Assembly: GCA_031414955.1 (NCBI GenBank)
Contig: JANOQV010000308.1
Location: 33,769-97,768 of the forward strand
Reading direction: 5' to 3'
DNA length: 64,000 nt
Origin: Pedosphaera sp.
GTDB lineage: Bacteria > Verrucomicrobiota > Verrucomicrobiia > Limisphaerales > SIBH01
How positions within the stretch are numbered: the stretch's first letter is position 1; every line of letters starts with the position of its first letter. The notes beneath the pieces were generated by a model that did not search any database, was not told where the DNA came from, and saw only the letters and a program-made list of their open reading frames with translations. This document shows positions 45,333-52,960 of this stretch, piece by piece. Position numbers and translations under genes: made by a program.

Positions 45333-46165
45333 GACGGGCTGAACTTACGCGAACCTCGCGAAGAATCCAAAGCGCGAAGTTCGGCCGAGGCCACACTCCG
45401 GACCAGGCGAAATCCGGGCGCACGGTAGCCGGGACCGTTGGTCGAAGGGGAATACTCGACCGACCCCTGGCCGCCATTGCTGCGGCGCTCATTCTGTTGC
45501 TGGCGATGGAGATGCCAGACGATGCGCCCGCCAATCCAGAGCGCCGCCACCAGCAGCAGCGCGCCGGAGATGTGCTCCATGCGCAGCAACATGCGCGGCG
45601 AGATGCGCCCGTGCCCGCGCGAGACTCCATAGGCGAGGAGGAAAAACCAGAGCGTGGCCCCGAGCGCGACGCCCAGCACGCAACTCACCCGGTCGTCCAC
45701 AGTGCGATCCACCCAACCGTGGGCGAGAAAAGTCGCGGTGAGCGTAACCCAAAGGAGCAGGACGGAGGGGTTTCCCAGGACGCGAACGAAGCCGACCATG
45801 AAGGCGGAGCGGGGATGGAGCTTTTTCTCGATGACTTCGGAGCGGTGGCTCTGCACGGGGAGTTCCTTGGCCGAAAAGTATTTCCAGGAAAGGATCAGCA
45901 GAAACAGGAAACTAAGCAGTTCCATGATGGCCTTCACCCAGGGCAGCGCGAGGAAAGCGGAGAAGCCAGTGAGGGCCAGGCCGCAGTAAATGGCTTCCAT
46001 GAGCACCGAACCCAGGCCGATCATGATCGCCCAGCGGAAACCGCGGCGCGCGCCTTCGTTGATGATGGTGAGATTGATCGGCCCCACGGGAATGGAAACC
46101 AGGAACCCGGCCAGCAGGCCGGTGATGAGAGCGGTGGGACTGTGGTCAGGAAAGAGACTCGCCAT
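45329..46165 (-). CDS. LysE family transporter
   Basis: SIPVGPINL, GFRWA..GLG, NP motif, six hydrophobic segments. Confidence 0.85.
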   Translation of the reverse strand: MASLFPDHSPTALITGLLAGFLVSIPVGPINLTIINEGARRGFRWAIMIGLGSVLMEAIYCGLALTGFSAFLALPWVKAIMELLSFLFLLILSWKYFSAKELPVQSHRSEVIEKKLHPRSAFMVGFVRVLGNPSVLLLWVTLTATFLAHGWVDRTVDDRVSCVLGVALGATLWFFLLAYGVSRGHGRISPRMLLRMEHISGALLLVAALWIGGRIVWHLHRQQQNERRSNGGQGSVEYSPSTNGPGYRAPGFRLVRSVASAELRALDSSRGSRKFSPS

Positions 46166-46171
46166 GACAAT

Positions 46172-47044
46172 TCAACGGCTCGGAGCCGCCGGAGGGGCGG
46201 CATCCTCTTCGTCCTCATCATCTTCCTCGATTTCGCGCTGCATCTTGCGGGAGATGCGGGGCCGGATGAAGCCATAGAGCAGGTAGGCCGTGAAGACGAT
46301 GGGCATGACGATGTAAACGATCTTCTCGCGCAGGATGACCACTAATCCGACCAGCAACGCGGCGATCATGGTCCGCCAGAAGGTGCTGGTGGCGCGCAGA
46401 TCAAATTTCTTAAAAGTGGGATACTTCACCGTGCTGACCATCATGGCGGAGAGGAAGAGCAGCAACACTGGCAGCCCGTACTTCCACTGGTTGGGCGCAA
46501 AGCCCTTTTTGTCGAGATAGATCATCACCATCGTCAGCGAAGCCACCAGTCCGGCCGCCGCCGGAATCGGGAAGCCCAGAAACTCCTTGCCGCCGCCGGT
46601 GCCGGCCATGGTCGCGAGGCAATTGAAGCGCGCGAGCCGGAAAGCGCCGGCCAGCAAATAAGCCGAGGCAATGAACCAGCCCAATTCCTGGTGGTTCTCG
46701 AAGACCTCGCGCAGCACGACCCGATGGACGAGAAAAGCCGGGGCCACGCCGAAGGAAACCAGATCGGCCAGCGAATCGAATTCCCGCCCAAACGGGCTCT
46801 CCACTCCGGCCATGCGCGCCACGCGACCATCGAACAGATCAAAAATGCAGGCCAGCAGGATGAAGAGCAGCGCGTGCTCGATCGGCCCGTAGTTGACCAT
46901 CCCGACGGCATCCGGCGTCAGGTTGGCCTGCACAATCTTGGTCAGGGCCACGAAACCGCAAAAGAGATTCGCCGCCGTGAACAGGTTCGGCAGAAAATAT
47001 ATTTTCAGCTTCGGCTCGGGCGCACTGGGTTCTGGTTCAGGCAT
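46172..47044 (-). CDS. pssA: CDP-diacylglycerol--serine O-phosphatidyltransferase
   Basis: LPNLFTAANLFCG, DLFDGRVAR..S.FGREFDSLADLVSFGVAP, RLARFN, FLGFPIPAAA. Confidence 0.92.
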   Translation of the reverse strand: MPEPEPSAPEPKLKIYFLPNLFTAANLFCGFVALTKIVQANLTPDAVGMVNYGPIEHALLFILLACIFDLFDGRVARMAGVESPFGREFDSLADLVSFGVAPAFLVHRVVLREVFENHQELGWFIASAYLLAGAFRLARFNCLATMAGTGGGKEFLGFPIPAAAGLVASLTMVMIYLDKKGFAPNQWKYGLPVLLLFLSAMMVSTVKYPTFKKFDLRATSTFWRTMIAALLVGLVVILREKIVYIVMPIVFTAYLLYGFIRPRISRKMQREIEEDDEDEEDAAPPAAPSR

Positions 47045-47050
47045 AATGGC

Positions 47051-47719
47051 TCACTCGAATTTCGCCACGACGGTCTGGCCGCCGCAAACTTCATCGCCAA
47101 GGTTGACGCGCCGCTTGACCGAAGCGGGCAGATATAAATCAACCCGCGAGGCGGGGCGCATCATGGCGAGGCGGGCGCTGCGGGCCACGACTTCGTGCGG
47201 TTTTATCCAGGGGACGATGCGCCGGCCCCAAGTGCCGCCGATCAAGCGCACGGCCAGCCTCGTGTCCGGGCGCCCGATGACGTCGAGTCCCAGGAAGAGA
47301 TTCTCCGTCGCGGCCGGCCCGCCCTCCTTCATCGCCAGTTGGTGTTCCAGTCGGGCGATGGTGGCCGTGACCGGGGCGTTTTGCACCTGCACCTGGAACA
47401 GCGAAACCCGAATGGAGATGCGCTGGCATGGTCCGGCCATGAACTCGTTGCAGGATGACTCCTCAATCACGTCCACTTTTCCGTGGGCAGGAGAAACAAT
47501 CGCGTCGAGATCGCTCGGCTCGATCGGGTCGGGATCGCGAAAGAGGTAGAGCACCGCCACGAGGAAGAAGGCCCAGGGGACCAGAAGCACCGAGGGATGC
47601 GCCCAAAGGAAAGTGCCCACACGCGCCCCAATCCACGCCGCAGCGAAAACTCCGACCAGCACGCCCGCTGACCAGAGCAGCAGTCGGATGGCGGCTTTGT
47701 TTGCTTGGCCCGAATTCAT
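47051..47719 (-). CDS. psd: Phosphatidylserine decarboxylase-like protein with substituted catalytic residues
   Basis: FRDP, VSPAHGKV, ARRI-like GRRI, SRVDLYLP, adjacent to pssA; SPADG, VH and FGS motifs are altered. Confidence 0.75.
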   Translation of the reverse strand: MNSGQANKAAIRLLLWSAGVLVGVFAAAWIGARVGTFLWAHPSVLLVPWAFFLVAVLYLFRDPDPIEPSDLDAIVSPAHGKVDVIEESSCNEFMAGPCQRISIRVSLFQVQVQNAPVTATIARLEHQLAMKEGGPAATENLFLGLDVIGRPDTRLAVRLIGGTWGRRIVPWIKPHEVVARSARLAMMRPASRVDLYLPASVKRRVNLGDEVCGGQTVVAKFE

Positions 47720-47780
47720 TTGCCTGGCGCGGACGCTAACGGCGGCGGGGCTTAATGGAAAGAATTTCAGGATGAAACCA

Positions 47781-48386
47781 CTACTTCGCCACGCGAGAAA
47801 TGACTTCCACTTCCTTGTAGCCAAAGGTCTTGAGAAACAACGTGAGCTGCTGGGCGGCGCGCTCGTTGGCCTCGCGCTCGATGTGGCTTTGCCGGGCCGC
47901 GCGCCGGATTTGCGTCTGCGCCTCCTGCCGGGCCTGCTGCTCGAGCTTGCGATCAAACGCGCGCAACAAACCGGTCTGGCGATCCAGCACTTGCGTCGCG
48001 TTCTCGTCCAGATAGCCATCGGTCACGTAGGCCGGCGGCAGGCGCACACGAATTTTTTGACCGGTCACCTCGATGTCCTCCGGCTTGAGCTTCGACAAAT
48101 CGACGCCGGCCTTCACGATGCCGTGCGCGAGCAGGACGATACGGTCATCCTGGCCCGGCAATAAATTCTCCAGCGTGGTGGTCTTGGGCGATTCGGCCAC
48201 GATGACTTTCTCCAACACGTACTTCACCGTGACCAGTTCGGAGAGAGATTGAATCTGCAGCACCACCGTGGCGGTGTTGGCGAACTTTGGGCCGCTGGCC
48301 CGGCGCAGCACCAGAAGCGCGAGGGCGAAGGCCATCACCAGCCCGATCAAGAGCACCACGAGTCCGACGGCCAGCCGTTTTTTCAT
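47781..48386 (-). CDS. DUF4230 domain protein
   Basis: N-terminal TM, IQSLSELVTVKY, GIVKAGVDLSK, LP. Confidence 0.85.
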   Translation of the reverse strand: MKKRLAVGLVVLLIGLVMAFALALLVLRRASGPKFANTATVVLQIQSLSELVTVKYVLEKVIVAESPKTTTLENLLPGQDDRIVLLAHGIVKAGVDLSKLKPEDIEVTGQKIRVRLPPAYVTDGYLDENATQVLDRQTGLLRAFDRKLEQQARQEAQTQIRRAARQSHIEREANERAAQQLTLFLKTFGYKEVEVISRVAK

Positions 48387-48392
48387 CGCCGG

Positions 48393-48421
48393 AGTGTAAG
48401 GGGCAGGTGCTGAGTTGTCAG
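48393..48421 (-). promoter_or_regulatory. Putative sigma70 promoter, leaderless start of the DUF4230 gene
   Basis: CTGACA-N17-TACACT-N6-ATG. Confidence 0.55.
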
Positions 48422-48657
48422 TAACTGCAACGGCGGACCAGGCGTGAAGTTGCGCCCGCCCGCCGGGCTCCGGTTGAGAATGTCCTGAACCCCCGGCCCG
48501 ACCTGACCCCGCTCCAGGCCGCGCGGTGCTCCAGTGCCGCCTGCTCCACGTCCACCCAGTCGCGTCACTCCTCCGGGGGCAGAGCCGGATTCACCCGTCC
48601 AGGGCCGGGGCAGAAAAACTCCTTTGCGCCCGCGCGGCTTTGCGCGAGAACGTCGCC

Positions 48658-49236
48658 ATGCGCATCATCGGTGGCACGGCGGGCGGGTTGATTCTCAAGG
48701 CTCCCAAGGGTCTCGACGTCCGGCCCACGCCGGATCTCGTCCGGCAGGCCTTGTTCAACAGCCTGGCCACCCGGGTGGAAGGCGCGCGCGTGCTGGAACT
48801 CTTCGGCGGCACGGGCGCACTCAGCCTCGAATGCCTGAGCCGTGGCGCGCGCGAGGCGCTCTGCATAGAACTCTCGCCCAAGCACGCCCGGGTCATCGAT
48901 CAGAACTTCATCGCCATGAAACTCACGCCCGGTTCCTTCCGGGTGCGCGTACAGGATGTCTTCACCGCCCTGCCCCAACTGGCCGCGGCCGGCGAGCAGT
49001 TTGATCTCATCGTCGCCGACCCGCCCTACGGCGAGAAGAATGTCGGACGGCGCTCCGAGTCGTTCGCGCAACGGCTCCTGGATGACGAGACGCTGCCCCG
49101 AGTGCTGGCGGCGGACGGTCTGTTCGTGCTGGGCCACGCCCGACGCGACACGCTTTCGCTACCCGCGCGCTGGCACGAGCGCAAGTTCATGAAGCATGGT
49201 GATTCCGTCATGCGCTTCCTGGAGGTCGCCTCATGA
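48658..49236 (+). CDS. rsmD: 16S rRNA m2G966 methyltransferase
   Basis: MRIIGG, RPT...RQALFN, LELFGGTGALSLE, DPPY. Confidence 0.9.
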   Translation: MRIIGGTAGGLILKAPKGLDVRPTPDLVRQALFNSLATRVEGARVLELFGGTGALSLECLSRGAREALCIELSPKHARVIDQNFIAMKLTPGSFRVRVQDVFTALPQLAAAGEQFDLIVADPPYGEKNVGRRSESFAQRLLDDETLPRVLAADGLFVLGHARRDTLSLPARWHERKFMKHGDSVMRFLEVAS

Positions 49237-50177
49237 AAACCCTCCTGGCTGTGACCTCCACCACCATGCTCACCCTCACCCATCTTCCGGCCGCCGAAGC
49301 AGCCGCGCGATCCTACGGTGCTGCGCACGGGCAACAGCTCGTGGAGGAGGTGTGCGCGGCGGCGCTGAAGCATTTCGCGGAGAAAAAACTCCTCAGCCAT
49401 CAGCTCGCCGTGACCCTGGTGGAGGTGCGCGACTCGGGGCCGTTGCCCTCAGGCAGCGTACGCGGCGGCGCGGCCATCTATCCCGCCAGCGTGGTAAAGT
49501 TATTCTACCTCGCCGCCGCACATCGCTGGATGGAAGACGGCCGGCTCGCGGACACGGAGGAATTACGCCGCGCCCTCAAAGACATGATCGTGGACTCTTC
49601 CAACGACGCGACCGCCTACGTGGTGGACGCGCTCACGGGCACGACCAGCGGCCCGGAACTGGCCGAGGCCGAAATGAAAATCTGGAGTGAGAAGCGCAAC
49701 GCCGTGAACCGCTACTTCACCGCGCTCGGCTATACCAATCTCAACCTCAACCAGAAGCCCTGGGGCGATGGACCCTACGGGCGCGAGCGGGTCTGGGTGG
49801 GAAAGAATTACAGCAACCGAAACGCCCTCACCACCGAAGCCACCGCGCAACTGCTCGCCGAAATTGCGCTCGGCCGCTGCGTCACGGCCCGCCGCAGCGC
49901 CGACATGATGCAACTGCTCAAGCGCGATTTTCTGGCCCAGACCACCGATCCGGAAGATCAGGCCCACGGCTTCACGGCGCCCGGGTTGCCGCGCACGGCG
50001 AAACTCTGGTCCAAGGCCGGCTGGACCAGCTCCACACGCCATGACGCCGCCTATGTGGAGTTGGCGGAGGGAAGAAAGTTTGTCCTCGTCACCTTCACCA
50101 CCAATCACGCCCATGAGCGCGGCATCATTCCGTTCGTGACGTCCGAAGTCATTCGTCGGTTGACTTCCAAGCCATGA
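49233..50177 (+). CDS. Exported serine hydrolase, class A beta-lactamase-like fold
   Basis: PASVVK (SxxK), SSNDA (SxN), SKAG, RHD; signal peptide. Confidence 0.85.
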   Translation: MKTLLAVTSTTMLTLTHLPAAEAAARSYGAAHGQQLVEEVCAAALKHFAEKKLLSHQLAVTLVEVRDSGPLPSGSVRGGAAIYPASVVKLFYLAAAHRWMEDGRLADTEELRRALKDMIVDSSNDATAYVVDALTGTTSGPELAEAEMKIWSEKRNAVNRYFTALGYTNLNLNQKPWGDGPYGRERVWVGKNYSNRNALTTEATAQLLAEIALGRCVTARRSADMMQLLKRDFLAQTTDPEDQAHGFTAPGLPRTAKLWSKAGWTSSTRHDAAYVELAEGRKFVLVTFTTNHAHERGIIPFVTSEVIRRLTSKP

Positions 50178-50617
50178 GCCACGCCGAGCCTACCACATCC
50201 GGCGTCTGGCGCGAGGAATTCACCGTGCCGCACGAAGCCATCGACGCGAACGGCCACGTCAACAACGTCGTCTTCGTGCAATGGATGCAGGACGTGGCCA
50301 CTCGACATTTCGAATCATTATGCGGCGTTGAGATCATGGGGAGCGCCGGGGCGATGTGGGTCGTACGCTCGCACCAGATCGAATACTTTCTTCCGGCCAG
50401 GGCCGGCGACAGCCTGCAAGTGATGACTTGGGTGGTCAGTTTCAGCCGCGTTCGCTCGGTGCGAGGCTACAAATTTATCCGCGCCGACAAAGGCCAGTTG
50501 CTGGTGCGAGGCGAGACGGAATGGGTTTTTGTGAACGCCCAAACTGGACGGCCCGGCTCCATCCCGAAAGCGATCGTGCAAGCCTTCGTGTTGGGGTCTG
50601 GGACAGACAAGCCGTAG
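50174..50617 (+). CDS. Acyl-CoA thioesterase (hotdog fold)
   Basis: IDANGHVNN, WVVRSHQIEY. Confidence 0.9.
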   Translation: MSHAEPTTSGVWREEFTVPHEAIDANGHVNNVVFVQWMQDVATRHFESLCGVEIMGSAGAMWVVRSHQIEYFLPARAGDSLQVMTWVVSFSRVRSVRGYKFIRADKGQLLVRGETEWVFVNAQTGRPGSIPKAIVQAFVLGSGTDKP

Positions 50618-50668
50618 CGGAACGGGCCGACCACTCAAGGCTCGTCCCCACTTGGCTTCTGGCTGGCC

Positions 50669-51673
50669 TCAGCCTTTGACGTGGTTCAACAACCGTTCCA
50701 CGATGGTGTCCACGCTGATGCCTTCGGCCTCGGCGCGGTAGTTCACCAGCACGCGATGGCGCAACACCGGCAGGGCCAGCGTGCGGATGTCGTCGGGCGT
50801 GACATGGGAACGGCCTTGGAGCAGGGCGCGAGCTTTGCCACCCAGCACGAGATTCTGCGCGGCGCGCGTGCCCGCACCCCAGCCCACGAACTGGTTGATG
50901 AAGTCCGGCGTGCCGTCCTGCTTCGGGCGTGAAGCCGCGGCCAGTCGCACCGCCATGCGCGCCACATCCTCGGCAATCGGCACCTTGCGCACCACGTCGT
51001 GAAAGCGCAGCACGTCCTCGCCGGTGAAGAGCGCCTGAATTGGCTCGGGCGCGCGCGAAGTTGTTTGCCGCACCACTGCGACCTCGTCGTCCTCGGGCAG
51101 GTAATCGATGAAGACGTTGAACATGAAACGGTCGAGCTGGGCCTCGGGCAGCGGATAAGTTCCTTCCATCTCGATCGGGTTCTGCGTGGCGAGCACGAAG
51201 AACGGCTCGGGCAACGGATAGCGCACGCCCGCCGCCGTGACCTGATGCTCCTGCATCGCTTCGAGCAGCGCGGCCTGGGTCTTGGGCGGAGTGCGGTTGA
51301 TTTCGTCGGCCAGCACCATGTTGGCGAAGATGGGGCCCTTGACGAACTGCATGGCGCGCACGCCCGTGTCGCTCTGCTGGAGAATTTCCGTGCCGATGAT
51401 GTCGGCGGGCATCAGGTCGGGCGTGAACTGGATGCGCTGGAACTTGAGATGAAAAATCTGCGCGATGGATTTGACCAGCAGCGTCTTGGCCAGGCCGGGC
51501 GCGCCGGTGATGAGGCAATGCCCGCCCGAGAGCAGCGCGATCAGGATTTCCTCGATGACCTCGCGCTGGCCCACGATGACCTTGGCGAGTTCGGTGGTGA
51601 TTTGCGCGCGGCTGCGGATGAGTTGTTCCACGGCCTGTTGTTCGGTGGCGTAGGTGTCAGTGGCGGTTTCCAT
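50669..51673 (-). CDS. moxR: MoxR family AAA+ ATPase
   Basis: GAPGLAKT, RIQFTPDLMPAD, DEINRTPPKTQAALLEAMQE, ATQNPIE, LDRF. Confidence 0.95.
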   Translation of the reverse strand: METATDTYATEQQAVEQLIRSRAQITTELAKVIVGQREVIEEILIALLSGGHCLITGAPGLAKTLLVKSIAQIFHLKFQRIQFTPDLMPADIIGTEILQQSDTGVRAMQFVKGPIFANMVLADEINRTPPKTQAALLEAMQEHQVTAAGVRYPLPEPFFVLATQNPIEMEGTYPLPEAQLDRFMFNVFIDYLPEDDEVAVVRQTTSRAPEPIQALFTGEDVLRFHDVVRKVPIAEDVARMAVRLAAASRPKQDGTPDFINQFVGWGAGTRAAQNLVLGGKARALLQGRSHVTPDDIRTLALPVLRHRVLVNYRAEAEGISVDTIVERLLNHVKG

Positions 51674-51775
51674 AAAGTGTTCTTTCGGCAGGATGCGCAG
51701 AGATTGGCGAGCGGTTCACGAAGATTTTGTAGAATGAATCGCCCGCGGATTTCACATCACCGAGCGGAAGGCCCA

Positions 51776-51986
51776 AGCCCGGAGGGCTTGAAGGTGAATA
51801 GCCCCTGGCGAAACCAGGGGTAACGAACAGTGATTCAAACCGACCCCGGCAGGGGTCGAACTTTGGATCTTGAACTACAGGCGAGCGTTCAACCCCATCC
51901 GGGGTTGAGGAAACTTTGGGCGCCAAATCCCAGGGTTCGCTCGTGCCTCGCGACCCGGGGCTATTCACGTTCAAGCCCTCCGGGCT
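51776..51986. repeat. Composite palindromic REP/MITE-like element
   Basis: 30-bp terminal inverted repeat AGCCCGGAGGGCTTGAAGGTGAATAGCCCC (29/30) enclosing smaller hairpins such as CGACCCC..GGGGTCG and TCAACCCC..GGGGTTGA. Confidence 0.85.
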
Positions 51987-52012
51987 GAGCGGCCGGTTCC
52001 CCACTTTCATGC

Positions 52013-52960
52013 TCAATGCGTCATCGCGTAGAAGATGATGTTGATGCCGAGCGGGAAGGCGCGCTTCTCGGAGAAGACGCGGAAGAAATCGTCGTTCTCG
52101 CCTTCTCGCTCCCAGCCGTCGCCGTTGTCGCAGTTATGGGTGGCGATGACCATGATGCGGCCCTGCTCGTCGGTAAGCGCGCGGACGTGCATCTCCTCCG
52201 CGCTGGGGCCAGTGCGATACTCCCAGGTGATGCCGCTGATTCTGCTGCCGGGGTGCAGGCTCTCAATGGCCTGGTAGGCGTTGGGCGTTTGCAATTGCTG
52301 CTTGGGCACCCGGATGTCGAAGACCTGATGGAAGACGGGATGCTCCATCGGCAGTTCCACAAAGTCGCGCTCGGGAAAAACCCGCTTCATCTCGCCGGCA
52401 AAATTCTCCCATTGCTCATCGCCCCAGAAATCATCGGCCATGAGAAAGCCCCCGTTGTTCAGATAGTCGCGGAGTATCTTCACCTCCGCGTCGTCCAGAT
52501 GCAGCCGCCCCGGCTCAACCATGTAAATCCACGGATAGTCGTAGAGGTCCTTGTTATTCAGCCGGAGGAAGCGGCCGTCCGGGTTGACCCGCAGCGAAGT
52601 CATCTGCTGGAGCCGGAAGGACAGGTTCAAATCGCTGTCGGGAAAATCCGTGATCCATCCGCCCAAGGAACTCCGCCGTCCCCAATAGGCGCTGATGTAG
52701 CGGAGCCGGCAGAAAGTAAAGGCGTCCTTCTCGAATCCCGGCGGGTTGGTCCACACCGGCACATCCGTGCTGTGCGAGCCGACCTCGCGCGCGGTGCTCA
52801 TGGTGGCTTCCTCGACGCGCACCCGACCACCGCCGCTGAAGCTGCCTTCGGTGCCGTGAGTCATGCGGTCCCGGTCATCGTCTCCTGACCACTGCGCCAA
52901 CGCGACGACGGACAGAGCCACGCATCCGAGGATGAGGACTGTCCAAGGGCGACGGGTCAT
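52013..52960 (-). CDS. DUF4159 domain protein
   Basis: FTFCRLRY, W.TDFP, YPWIY.VEPG, LRDYL..GGFLMADDFWG, GINIIFYAMTH. Confidence 0.88.
   Translation of the reverse strand: MTRRPWTVLILGCVALSVVALAQWSGDDDRDRMTHGTEGSFSGGGRVRVEEATMSTAREVGSHSTDVPVWTNPPGFEKDAFTFCRLRYISAYWGRRSSLGGWITDFPDSDLNLSFRLQQMTSLRVNPDGRFLRLNNKDLYDYPWIYMVEPGRLHLDDAEVKILRDYLNNGGFLMADDFWGDEQWENFAGEMKRVFPERDFVELPMEHPVFHQVFDIRVPKQQLQTPNAYQAIESLHPGSRISGITWEYRTGPSAEEMHVRALTDEQGRIMVIATHNCDNGDGWEREGENDDFFRVFSEKRAFPLGINIIFYAMTH

Noticed and set aside
48422..48650. Possible gene remnant or ncRNA between the divergent DUF4230 and rsmD genes
   Set aside because: No convincing ORF or recognisable RNA family
49233..50177. Antibiotic-resistance beta-lactamase
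   Set aside because: Has SxxK/SxN/KxG, but I could not identify the class A omega-loop ExxLN motif; housekeeping context (rsmD operon) and no mobile element
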